Origin: Paragordius varius | Taxonomy: Eukaryota; Animalia; Nematomorpha | Direction of reading: 5' to 3' | Length of the DNA: 64,000 nt | Assembly (NCBI GenBank): GCA_964247055.1 | Contig: OZ176052.1 | Coordinates: 13,330,001 to 13,394,000 of the forward strand | Part shown: positions 39,501 to 52,800 of the stretch, piece by piece | Position numbering within the stretch: position 1 is the first letter of the stretch | Layout of the letters: each line of letters starts with the position of its first letter | Notes under the pieces: generated by a model | What the model was told of the DNA's origin: nothing | The model's input: the letters and a program-made list of their open reading frames with translations, nothing else | The model's database searches: none | Program-made: the position numbers and the translations under genes

Positions 39501-42500
39501 ACAAACTCTTTCATATCCGATTTTTACAACGATACTTTAAAAATTAATGTATAAAACTAGTCGCATGATTACTCAAGTTAAATTTTGTCCTTAAAAATCG
39601 GATATTGGTCACCGGTGAACAAAATAATTTTTTATACATTCTCTTAGTAAGACTACATCAAAATATAGAGATAGTTTGACAAACTCTTTCATATCCGATT
39701 TTTACAACGATACTTTAAAAATTAATGTATTAAACTAGTCGCATCAATACTCAAGTTAAACTTTGTCCTTAAAAATCGGATATTGGTCACCGGTGAACAA
39801 AATTATTTTTTATACATTCTCTTAGCAAGACTACATCAAAATATAGAGATAGTTTGACAAACTCTTTCATATCCGATTTTTACAACGATACTTTATAAAT
39901 TAATGTATAAAACTAGTCGTATCAATACTCAAGTTAAACTTTATCCTTAAAAATTGGATATTGGTCACCGGTGAACAAAATAATTTTTTATACATGATCT
40001 TAGTAAGACTACATCAAAATATAGAGATAGTTTGACAAACTCTTTCATATCCGATTTTTACAACGATACTTTAAAAATTATGGTATTAAACTAGTCGCAT
40101 CAATACTCAAATTAAACTTTGTCCTTAAAAATCGGATATTGGTCACCGGTGAACAAAATTATTTTTTATATATTCTCTTAGCAAGACTACATCAAAATAT
40201 AGAGATAGTTTGACAAACTCTTTCATATCCGATTTTCACAACGATACTTTAAAAATTAATGTATAAAACTAGTCGTATCAGTAAATCGCATCAATACTCA
40301 AGTTAAACTTTGTCCTTTAAAATCGGATATTGGTCACCGGTGAACAAAATTATTTTTTATATATTCTCTTAGCAAGACTACATCAAAATATAGAGATAGT
40401 TTGACAAACTCTTTCATATCCGATTTTCACAACGATACTTTAAAAATTAATGTATAAAACTAGTCGTATCAATAAATCGCATCAATACTCAAGTTAAACT
40501 TTATCCTTAAATATTGGATATTGGTCACCGGTGAACAAAATAATTTTTTATACATGATCTTAGTAGGACTACATATAAATATAGAGATAGTTTGGCAAAC
40601 TCTTTCATATCCGATTTTTACAACAATACTTTAAAAATTATGGTATTAAACCAGTCGCATCCATACTCAAGTTAAACTTTGTCCTTAAAAATCGGATATT
40701 GATCACCGGTGAACAAAATTATTTTTTATACATTCTTTTAGTAAGACTACATCAAAATATAGAGATAGTTTGACAAACTCTTTCATATCCGATTTTTACA
40801 ACGATACTTTAAAAATTAATGTATTAAACTAGTCGCATCAATACTCAAGTTAAACTTTGTCCTTAAAAATCGGATATTGGTCACCGGTGAACAAAATAAT
40901 TTTTTATACATTCTCTTAGCAAGACTACATCAAAATATAGAGATAGTTTGACAAACTCTTTGATATCCGATTTTCACAACGATACTTTAAAAATTAATGT
41001 ATAAAACTAGTCGTATCAATAAGTCGCATCAATACTCAAGTTAAACTTTGTCCTTAAAAATCGGATATTGGTCACCGGTGAACAAAATAATTTTTTATAC
41101 ATTCTTTTAGCAAGACTACATCAAAATATAGAGATAGTTTGACAAACTCTTTCATATCCGATTTTTACAACGATACTTTAAAAATTATGGTATTAAACTA
41201 GTCGCATCAATACTCAAATTAAACTTTGTCCTTAAAAATCGGATATTGGTCACCGGTGAACAAAATAATTTTTCTCTTAGCAAGACTACATCAAAATATA
41301 GAGATAGTTTGACAAACTCTTTGATATCCGATTTTCACAACGATACTTTAAAAATTAATGTATTAAACTAGTCGCATCAATACTCAAGTTAAACTTTGTC
41401 CTTAAAAATCGGATATTGGTCACCGGTGAACAAAATAATTTTTTATACATTCTCTTAGCAAGACTACATCAAAATATAGAGATAGTTTGACAAACTCTTT
41501 GATATCCGATTTTCACAACGATACTTTAAAAATTAATGTATAAAACTAGTCGTATCAATAAGTCGCATCAATACTCAAGTTAAACTTTGTCCTTAAAAAT
41601 CGGATATTGGTCACCGGTGAACAAAATTATTTTTTATACATTCTTTTAGTAAGACTACATCAAAATATAGAGATAGTTTGACAAACTCTTTCATATCCGA
41701 TTTTTACAACGATACTTTAAAAATTAATGTATTAAACTAGTCGCATCAATACTCAAGTTAAACTTTGTCCTTAAAAATCGGATATTGGTCACCGGTGAAC
41801 AAAATAATTTTTTATACATTCTCTTAGCAAGACTACATCAAAATATAGAGATAGTTTGACAAACTCTTTGATATCCGATTTTCACAACGATACTTTAAAA
41901 ATTAATGTATAAAACTAGTCGTATCAATAAGTCGCATCAATACTCAAGTTAAACTTTGTCCTTAAAAATCGGATATTGGTCACCGGTGAACAAAATAATT
42001 TTTTATACATTCTTTTAGCAAGACTACATCAAAATATAGAGATAGTTTGACAAACTCTTTCATATCCGATTTTTACAACGATACTTTATAAATTAATGTA
42101 TAAAACTAGTCGTATCAATACTCAAGTTAAACTTTGTCCTTAAAAATCGGATATTGATCACCGGTGAACAAAATTATTTTTTATACATTCTTTTAGTAAG
42201 ACTACATCAAAATATAGAGATAGTTTGACAAACTCTTTCATATCCGATTTTTACAACGATACTTTAAAAATTAATGTATTAAACTAGTCGCATCAATACT
42301 CAAGTTAAACTTTGTCCTTAAAAATCGGATATTGGTCACCGGTGAACAAAATAATTTTTTATACATTCTCTTAGCAAGACTACATCAAAATATAGAGATA
42401 GTTTGACAAACTCTTTGATATCCGATTTTCACAACGATACTTTAAAAATTAATGTATAAAACTAGTCGTATCAGTAAATCGCATCAATACTCAAGTTAAA

Positions 42501-44430
42501 CTTTGTCCTTTAAAATCGGATATTGGTCACCGGTGAACAAAATTATTTTTTATATATTCTCTTAGCAAGACTACATCAAAATATAGAGATAGTTTGACAA
42601 ACTCTTTCATATCCGATTTTCACAACGATACTTTAAAAATTAATGTATAAAACTAGTCGTATCAATAAATCGCATCAATACTCAAGTTAAACTTTATCCT
42701 TAAATATTGGATATTGGTCACCGGTGAACAAAATAATTTTTTATACATGATCTTAGTAGGACTACATATAAATATAGAGATAGTTTGGCAAACTCTTTCA
42801 TATCCGATTTTTACAACGATACTTTAAAAATTAATGTATTAAACTAGTCGCATCAATACTCAAATTAAACTTTGTCCTTAAAAATCGGATATTGGTCACC
42901 GGTGAACAAAATTATTTTTTATACATTCTCTTAGTAAGACTACATCAAAATATAGAGATAGTTTGACAAACTCTTTCATATCCGATTATTTCAACGATAC
43001 TTTAAAAATTAATGTATAAAACTAGTCGCATCAATACTCAAGTTAAACTTTATCCTTAAAAAATGGATATTGGTCACCGGTGAACAAAATTATTTTTTAT
43101 ACATTCTCTTAGTAAGACTATATCAAAATATAGAGATAGTTTGACAAACTCTTTCATATCCGATTTTTACAAGGATACTTTATAAATTAATGTATAAAAC
43201 TAGTCGTATAAATAAGTCGCATCAATACTCAAGTTAAACTTTGTCCTTAAAAATCGGATATTGGTCACCGGTGAACAAAATAATTTTTTATACATTCTTT
43301 TAGCAAGACTACATCAAAATATAGAGATAGTTTGACAAACTCTTTCATATCCGATTTTTACAACGATACTTTAAAAATTATGGTATTAAACTAGTCGCAT
43401 CAATACTCAAATTAAACTTTGTCCTTAAAAATCGGATATTGATCACCGGTGAACAAAATTATTTTTTATACATTCTTTTAGTAAGACTACATCAAAATAT
43501 AGAGATAGTTTGACAAACTCTTTCATATCCGATTTTTACAACGATACTTTAAAAATTAATGTATTAAACTAGTCGCATCAATACTCAAGTTAAACTTTGT
43601 CCTTAAAAATCGGATATTGGTCACCGGTGAACAAAATAATTTTTTATACATTCTCTTAGTAAGACTACATCAAAATATAGAGATAGTTTGACAAACTCTT
43701 TCATATCCGATTTTTACAACGATACTTTAAAAATTAATGTATTAAACTAGTCGCATCAATACTCAAGTTAAACTTTGTCCTTAAAAATCGGATATTGGTC
43801 ACCGGTGAACAAAATTATTTTTTATACATCCTCTTAGCAAGACTACATCAAAATATAGAGATAGTTTGACAAACTCTTTCATATCCGATTTTTACAACGA
43901 TACTTTAAAAATTAATGTTATTAAACTAGTCGCATCAATACTCAAGTTAAACTTTGTCCTTAAAAATCGGATATTGGTCACCGGTGAACAAAATTATTTT
44001 TTATACATTCTCTTCGCAAGACTACATCAAAATATAGAGATAGTTTGACAAACTCTTTCATATCCGATTTTTACAACGATACTTTAAAAATTAATGTATC
44101 AATAAGTCGCATCAATACTCAAGTTAAACTTTGTCCTTAAAAATCGGATATTGGTCACCGGTGAACAAAATAATTTTTTATACATTCTCTTAGTAAGACT
44201 ACATCAAAATATAGAGATAGTTTGACAAACTCTTTCATATCCGATTTTTACAACGATACTTTAAAAATTAAGGTGTTAAACTAGTGGCATCAATACACAA
44301 GTTAAACTTTGTCCTTAAAAATCGGATATTGGTCACCGGTGAACAAAATTATTTTTTATACATTCTCTTAGTAATTACATCAAAATATAGAGATAGTTTG
44401 ACAAACTCTTTCATATCCGATTTTTACAAC
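30600..44430 (+). repeat. About 5.3-kb block duplicated at an 8.5-kb offset (30600-35935 and 39115-44430)
   Basis: ACATCAAAATAATG at 30961 and 39477 (offset 8516); ORFs at 35371 and 43866 (offset 8495). The change is explained by an 8-bp deletion near 41271 and one 191-to-178 monomer swap. Each copy has five TTTGATATCC variants. Confidence 0.92.
34940..39400 (+). repeat. 8/10-monomer higher-order repeat (offsets 1791 and 1435 bp), 3 copies
   Basis: AATGTATCAATA deletion at 35601, 37392 and 38827; ORFs at 35371, 37162 and 38597; CCGGTTTTT and ATACACAAG variants. Confidence 0.92.
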
Positions 44431-44749
44431 GATACTTTAAAAATTACTGTATTAAACTAGTCGCATCAATACTCAAGTTAAACTTTGTCCTTAAAAATCG
44501 GATATTGGTCACCGGTGAAGAAAATAATTTTTTATACATTCTCTTAGCAAGACTACATCAAAATATAGAGATAGTTTGACAAACTCTTTCATATCCGATT
44601 TTTACAACGATACTTTAAAAATTAATGTATTAAACTTGTCGCATCAATACTCAAGTTAAACTTTATCCTTAAAAATTGGATATTGGTCACCGGTGAACAA
44701 AATTATTTTTTATACATTCTCTTAGTAAGACTACATCAAAATATAGAGA

Positions 44750-47700
44750 TAGTTTGACAAACTCTTTCATATCCGATTTTTACAAGGATACTTTATAAAT
44801 TAATGTATAAAACTAGTCGTATCAATAAGTCGCATCAATACTCAAGTTAAACTTTGTCCTTAAAAATCGGATATTGGTCACCGGTGAACAAAATTATTTT
44901 TTATACATCCTCTTAGCAAGACTACATCAAAATATAGAGATAGTTTGACAAACTCTTTCATATCCGATTTTTACAACGATACTTTAAAAATTAATGTTAT
45001 TAAACTAGTCGCATCAATACTCAAGTTAAACTTTGTCCTTAAAAATCGGATATTGGTCACCGGTGAACAAAATTATTTTTTATACATTCTCTTCGCAAGA
45101 CTACATCAAAATATAGAGATAGTTTGACAAACTCTTTCATATCCGATTTTTACAACGATACTTTAAAAATTAATGTATCAATAAGTCGCATCAATACTCA
45201 AGTTAAACTTTGTCCTTAAAAATCGGATATTGGTCACCGGTGAACAAAATAATTTTTAATACATTCTCTTAGTAAGACTACATCAAAATATAGAGATAGT
45301 TTGACAAACTCTTTCATATCCGATTTTTACAACGATACTTTAAAAATTAAGGTGTTAAACTAGTGGCATCAATACACAAGTTAAACTTTGTCCTTAAAAA
45401 TCGGATATTGGTCACCGGTGAACAAAATTATTTTTTATACATTCTCTTAGTAATTACATCAAAATATAGAGATAGTTTGACAAACTCTTTCATATCCGAT
45501 TTTTACAACGATACTTTAAAAATTACTGTATTAAACTAGTCGCATCAATACTCAAGTTAAACTTTGTCCTTAAAAATCGGATATTGGTCACCGGTGAACA
45601 AAATAATTTTTTATACATTCTCTTAGCAAGACTACATCAAAATATAGAGATAGTTTGACAAACTCTTTCATATCCGATTTTTACAACGATACTTTAAAAA
45701 TTAATGTATAAAACTAGTCGTACCAATAAATCGCATCAATACTCAAGTTAAACTTTGTCCTTAAAAATCGGATATTGGTCACCGGTGAACAAAATTATTT
45801 TTTATACATTCTCTTAGTAGGACTACATCAAAATATAGAGATAGTTTGGCAAACTCTTTCATATCCGATTTTTACAACGATACTTTAAAAATTAATGTAT
45901 AAAACTCGCATCAATACTCAAGTTAAACTTTGTCCTTAAAAATCGGATATTGGTCACCGGTGAACAAAATAATTTTATACATTCTCTTAGTAAGACTACA
46001 TCAAAATATAGAGATAGTTTGACAAACTCTTTCATATCCGATTTTTACAACGATACTTTAAAAATTATGGTATTAAACTAGTCGCATCAATACTCAAATT
46101 AAACTTTGTCCTTAAAAATCGGATATTGGTCACCGGTGAACAAAATTATTTTTTATACATTCTCTTAGTAAGACTACATCAAAATATAGAGATAGTTTGA
46201 CAAACTCTTTCATATCCGATTTTTACAAGGATACTTTATAAATTAATGTATAAAACTAGTCGTATCAATAAGTCGCATCAATACTCAAGTTAAACTTTGT
46301 CCTTAAAAATCGGATATTGGTCACCGGTGAACAAAATAATTTTATACATTCTCTTAGTAAGACTACATCAAAATATAGAGATAGTTTGACAAACTCTTTC
46401 ATATCCGATTTTTACAACGATACTTTAAAAATTATGGTATTAAACTAGTCGCATCAATACTCAAATTAAACTTTGTCCTTAAAAATCGGATATTGGTCAC
46501 CGGTGAACAAAATTATTTTTTATACATTCTCTTAGTAAGACTACATCAAAATATAGAGATAGTTTGACAAACTCTTTTATATCCGATTTTTACAACGATA
46601 CTTTAAAAATTAATGTATAAAACTAGTCGCATCAATACTCAAGTTAAACTTTATCCTTAAAATTGGATATTGGTCACCGGAGAACAAAATAATTTTTTAT
46701 ACATTCTCTTAGTAAGACTACATCAAAATATAGAGATAGTTTGACAAACTCTTTCATATCCGATTTTTACAACGATACTTTAAAAATTATGGTATTAAAC
46801 TAGTCGCATCAATACTCAAATTAAACTTTGTCCTTAAAAATCGGATATTGGTCACCGGTGAACAAAATTATTTTTTATATATTCTCTTAGCAAGACTACA
46901 TCAAAATATAGAAATAGTTTGACAAACTCTTTCATATCCGATTTTTACAAGGATACTTTATAAATTAATGTATAAAACTAGTCGTATCAATAAGTCGCAT
47001 CAATACTCCAGTTAAACTTTGTCCTTAAAAATCGGATATTGGTCACCGGTGAACAAAATTATTTTTTATACATCCTCTTAGCAAGACTACATCAAAATAT
47101 AGAGATAGTTTGACAAACTCTTTCATATCCGATTTTTACAACGATACTTTAAAAATTAATGTTATTAAACTAGTCGCATCAATACTCAAGTTAAACTTTG
47201 TCCTTAAAAATCGGATATTGGTCACCGGTGAACAAAATTATTTTTTATACATTCTCTTCGCAAGACTACATCAAAATATAGAGATAGTTTGACAAACTCT
47301 TTCATATCCGATTTTTACAACGATACTTTAAAAATTAATGTATCAATAAGTCGCATCAATACTCAAGTTAAACTTTGTCCTTAAAAATCGGATATTGGTC
47401 ACAGGTGAACAAAATAATTTTTTATACATTCTCTTAGTAAGACTACATCAAAATATAGAGATAGTTTGACAAACTCTTTCATATCCGATTTTTACAACGA
47501 TACTTTAAAAATTAAGGTGTTAAACTAGTGGCATCAATACACAAGTTAAACTTTGTCCTTAAAAATCGGATATTGGTCACCGGTGAACAAAATTATTTTT
47601 TATACATTCTCTTAGTAATTACATCAAAATATAGAGATAGTTTGACAAACTCTTTCATATCCGATTTTTACAACGATACTTTAAAAATTACTGTATTAAA

Positions 47701-47865
47701 CTAGTCGCATCAATACTCAAGTTAAACTTTGTCCTTAAAAATCGGATATTGGTCACCGGTGAACAAAATAATTTTTTATACATTCTCTTAGCAAGACTAC
47801 ATCAAAATATAGAGATAGTTTGACAAACTCTTTCATATCCGATTTTTACAACGATACTTTAAAAA
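44750..47865 (+). repeat. About 5-monomer block repeated at a 2165-bp (12-monomer) offset
   Basis: ORFs at 44945 and 47110; GTATCAATA deletion at 45175 and 47340. Confidence 0.88.
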
Positions 47866-49899
47866 TTATGGTATTAAACTAGTCGCATCAATACTCAAAT
47901 TAAACTTTGTCCTTAAAAATCGGATATTGGTCACCGGTGAACAAAATTATTTTTTATACATTCTCTTAGTAAGACTACATCAAAATATAGAGATAGTTTG
48001 ACAAACTCTTTCATATCCGATTTTTACAACGATACTTTAAAAATTAATGTATAAAACTAGTCGCATCAATACTCAAGTTAAACTTTATCCTTAAAAATTG
48101 GATATTGGTCACCGGTGAACAAAATTATTTTTTATACATTCTCTTAGTAAGACTACATCAAAATATAGAGATAGTTTGACAAACTCTTTCATCGATTTTT
48201 ACAAGGATACTTTATAAATTAATGTATAAAACTAGTCGTATCAATAAGTCGCATCAATACTCAAGTTAAACTTTGTCCTTAAAAATCGGATATTGGTCAC
48301 CGGTGAACAAAATAATTTTTTATACATTCTCTTAGTAAGACTACATCAAAATATAGAGATAGTTTGACAAACTCTTTCATATCCGATTTTTGCAACGATA
48401 CTTTAAAAATTATGGTATTAAACCAGTCGCATCAATACTCAAGTTAAACTTTGTCCTTAAAAATCGGATATTGGTCACCGGTGAACAAAATTATTTTTTA
48501 TACATTCTCTTAGTAAGACTACATCAAAATATAGAGATAGTTTGACAAACTCTTTTATATCCGATTTTTACAACGATACTTTAAAAATTAATGTATAAAA
48601 CTAGTCGCATCAATACTCAAGTTAAACTTTATCCTTAAAATTGGATATTGGTCACCGGTGAACAAAATAATTTTTTATACATTCTCTTAGTAAGACTACA
48701 TCAAAATATAGAGATAGTTTGACAAACTCTTTCATATCCGATTTTTACAACGAAACTTTAAAAATTATGGTATTAAACTAGTCGCATCAATACTCAAATT
48801 AAACTTTGTCCTTAAAAATCGGATATTGGTCACCGGTGAACAAAATTATTTTTTATATATTCTCTTAGCAAGACTACATCAAAATATAGAAATAGTTTGA
48901 CAAACTCTTTCATATCCGATTTTCACAACGATACTTTAAAAATTAATGTATAAAACTAGTCGTACCAATAAATCGCATCAATACTCAAGTTAAACTTTGT
49001 CCTTAAAAATCGGATATTGGTCACCGGTGAACAAAATTATTTTTTATACATTCTCTTAGTAGGACTATCAAAATATAGAGATAGTTTGGCAAACTCTTTC
49101 ATATCTGATTTTTACAACGATACTTTAAAAATTAATGTATAAAACTCGCATCAATACTCAAGTTAAACTTTGTCCTTAAAAATCGGATATTGGTCACCGG
49201 TGAACAAAATTATTTTTTATATATTCTCTTAGCAAGACTACATCAAAATATAGAAATAGTTTGACAAACTCTTTCATATCCGATTTTTACAACGATACTT
49301 TAAAAATTATGGTATTAAACTAGTCGCATCAATACTCAAATTAAACTTTGTCCTTAAAAATCGGATATTGGTCACCGGTGAACAAAATTATTTTTTATAC
49401 ATTCTCTTAGTAAGACTACATCAAAATATAGAGATAGTTTGACAAACTCTTTCATATCCGATTTTTACAAGGATACTTTATAAATTAATGTATAAAACTA
49501 GTCGTATCAATAAGTCGCATCAATACTCAAGTTAAACTTTGTCCTTAAAAATCGGATATTGGTCACCGGTGAACAAAATAATTTTATACATTCTCTTAGT
49601 AAGACTACATCAAAATATAGAGATAGTTTGACAAACTCTTTCATATCCGATTTTTACAACGATACTTTAAAAATTATGGTATTAAACTAGTCGCATCAAT
49701 ACTCAAATTAAACTTTGTCCTTAAAAATCGGATATTGGTCACCGGTGAACAAAATTATTTTTTATACATTCTCTTAGTAAGACTACATCAAAATATAGAG
49801 ATAGTTTGACAAACTCTTCTTTATCCGATTTTTACAACGATACTTTAAAAATTAATGTATAAAACTAGTCGCATCAATACTCAAGTTAAACTTTATCCT

Positions 49900-52800
49900 T
49901 AAAATTGGATATTGGTCACCGGTGAACAAAATAATTTTTTATACATTCTCTTAGTAAGACTACATCAAAATATAGAGATAGTTTGACAAACTCTTTCATA
50001 TCCGATTTTTACAACGATTAAAAATTATGGTATTAAACTAGTCGCATCAATACTGAAATTAAACTTTGTCCTTAAAAATCGGATATTGGTCACCGGTGAA
50101 CAAAATTATTTTTTATATATTCTCTTAGCAAGACTACATCAAAATATAGAAATAGTTTGACAAACTCTTTCATATCCGATTTTCACAACGATACTTTAAA
50201 AATTAATGTATAAAACTCGCATCAATACTCAAGTTAAACTTTGTCCTTAAAAATCGGATATTGGTCACCGGTGAACAAAATAATTTTATACATTCTCTTA
50301 GTAAGACTACATCAAAATATAGAGATAGTTTGACAAACTCTTTCATATCCGATTTTTACAACGATACTTTAAAAATTACTGTATTAAACTAGTCGCATCA
50401 ATACTCAAGTTAAACTTTGTCCTTAAAATACGGATATTGGTCACCGGTGAACAAAATAATTTTTTATACATTCTCTTAGCAAGACTACATCAAAATATAG
50501 AGATAGTTTGACAAACTCTTTCATATCCGATTTTTACAACGATACTTTAAAAATTATGGTATTAAACTAGTCGCATCAATACTCAAATTAAACTTTGTCC
50601 TTAAAAATCGGATATTGGTCACCGGTGAACAAAATTATTTTTTATACATTCTCTTAGTAAGACTACATCAAAATATAGAGATAGTTTGACAAACTCTTTC
50701 ATATCCGATTTTTACAACGATACTTTAAAAATTAATGTATAAAACTAGTCGCATCAATACTCAAGTTAAACTTTATCCTTAAAAATTGGATATTGGTCAC
50801 CGGTGAACAAAATTATTTTTTATACATTCTCTTAGTAAGACTACATCAAAATATAGAGATAGTTTGACAAACTCTTTCATATCCGATTTTTACAAGGATA
50901 CTTTATAAATTAATGTATAAAACTAGTCGTATCAATAAGTCGCATCAATACTCAAGTTAAACTTTGTCCTTAAAAATCGGATATTGGTCACCGGTGAACA
51001 AAATAATTTTTTATACATTCTCTTAGTAAGACTACATCAAAATATAGAGATAGTTTGACAAACTCTTTCATATCCGATTTTTGCAACGATACTTTAAAAA
51101 TTATGGTATTAAACCAGTCGCATCAATACTCAAGTTAAACTTTGTCCTTAAAAATCGGATATTGGTCACCGGTGAACAAAATTATTTTTTATACATTCTC
51201 TTAGTAAGACTACATCAAAATATAGAGATAGTTTGACAAACTCTTTTATATCCGATTTTTACAACGATACTTTAAAAATTAATGTATAAAACTAGTCGCA
51301 TCAATACTCAAGTTAAACTTTATCCTTAAAATTGGATATTGGTCACCGGTGAACAAAATAATTTTTTATACATTCTCTTAGTAAGACTACATCAAAATAT
51401 AGAGATAGTTTGACAAACTCTTTCATATCCGATTTTTACAACGATACTTTAAAAATTATGGTATTAAACTAGTCGCATCAATACTCAAATTAAACTTTGT
51501 CCTTAAAAATCGGATATTGGTCACCGGTGAACAAAATTATTTTTTATATATTCTCTTAGCAAGACTACATCAAAATATAGAAATAGTTTGACAAACTCTT
51601 TCATATCCGATTTTCACAACGATACTTTAAAAATTAATGTATAAAACTAGTCGTACCAATAAATCGCATCAATACTCAAGTTAAACTTTGTCCTTAAAAA
51701 TCGGATATTGGTCACCGGTGAACAAAATTATTTTTTATACATTCTCTTAGTAGGACTACATCAAAATATAGAGATAGTTTGGCAAACTCTTTCATATCCG
51801 ATTTTTACAACGATACTTTAAAAATTAATGTATAAAACTCGCATCAATACTCAAGTTAAACTTTGTCCTTAAAAATCGGATATTGGTCACCGGTGAACAA
51901 AATAATTTTATACATTCTCTTAGTAAGACTACATCAAAATATAGAGATAGTTTGACAAACTCTTTCATATCCGATTTTTACAACGATACTTTAAAAATTA
52001 ATGTGTTAAACTAGTGGCATCAATACTCAAGTTAAACTTTGTCCTTAAAAATCGGATATTGGTCACCGGTGAACAAAATAATTTTTTATACATTCTCTTA
52101 GTAAGACTACATCAAAATATAGAGATAGTTTGACAAACTCTTTCATATCCGATTTTTGCAACGATACTTTAAAAATTATGGTATTAAACCAGTCGCATCA
52201 ATACTCAAGTTAAACTTTGTCCTTAAAAATTGGATATTGGTCACCGGTGAACAAAATTATTTTTTATACATTCTCTTAGTAAGACTACATCAAAATATAG
52301 AGATAGTTTGACAAACTCTTTTATATCCGATTTTTACAACGATACTTTAAAAATTAATGTATAAAACTAGTCGCATCAATACTCAAGTTAAACTTTATCC
52401 TTAAAATTGGATATTGGTCACCGGTGAACAAAATAATTTTTTATACATTCTCTTAGTAAGACTACATCAAAATATAGAGATAGTTTGACAAACTCTTTCA
52501 TATCCGATTTTTACAACGATACTTTAAAAATTATGGTATTAAACTAGTCGCATCAATACTCAAATTAAACTTTGTCCTTAAAAATCGGATATTGGTCACC
52601 GGTGAACAAAATTATTTTTTATACATTCTCTTAGTAAGACTACATCAAAATATAGAGATAGTTTGACAAACTCTTTCATATCCGATTTTTACAACGATAC
52701 TTTAAAAATTATGGTATTAAACTAGTCGCATCAATACTCAAATTAAACTTTGTCCTTAAAAATCGGATATTGGTCACCCGTGAACAAAATTATTTTTTAT

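Noticed and set aside
3849-47292. Sixteen 60-73 aa ORFs (MTNSFISDFYNDTLK...) as protein-coding genes
   Set aside because: They start at a TTG inside the AGTTTGACAAACT dyad and span about one monomer. They exist only where a 1-bp insertion (AATGTTATT) shifts stops out of frame. I see no recognisable domain or gene context.
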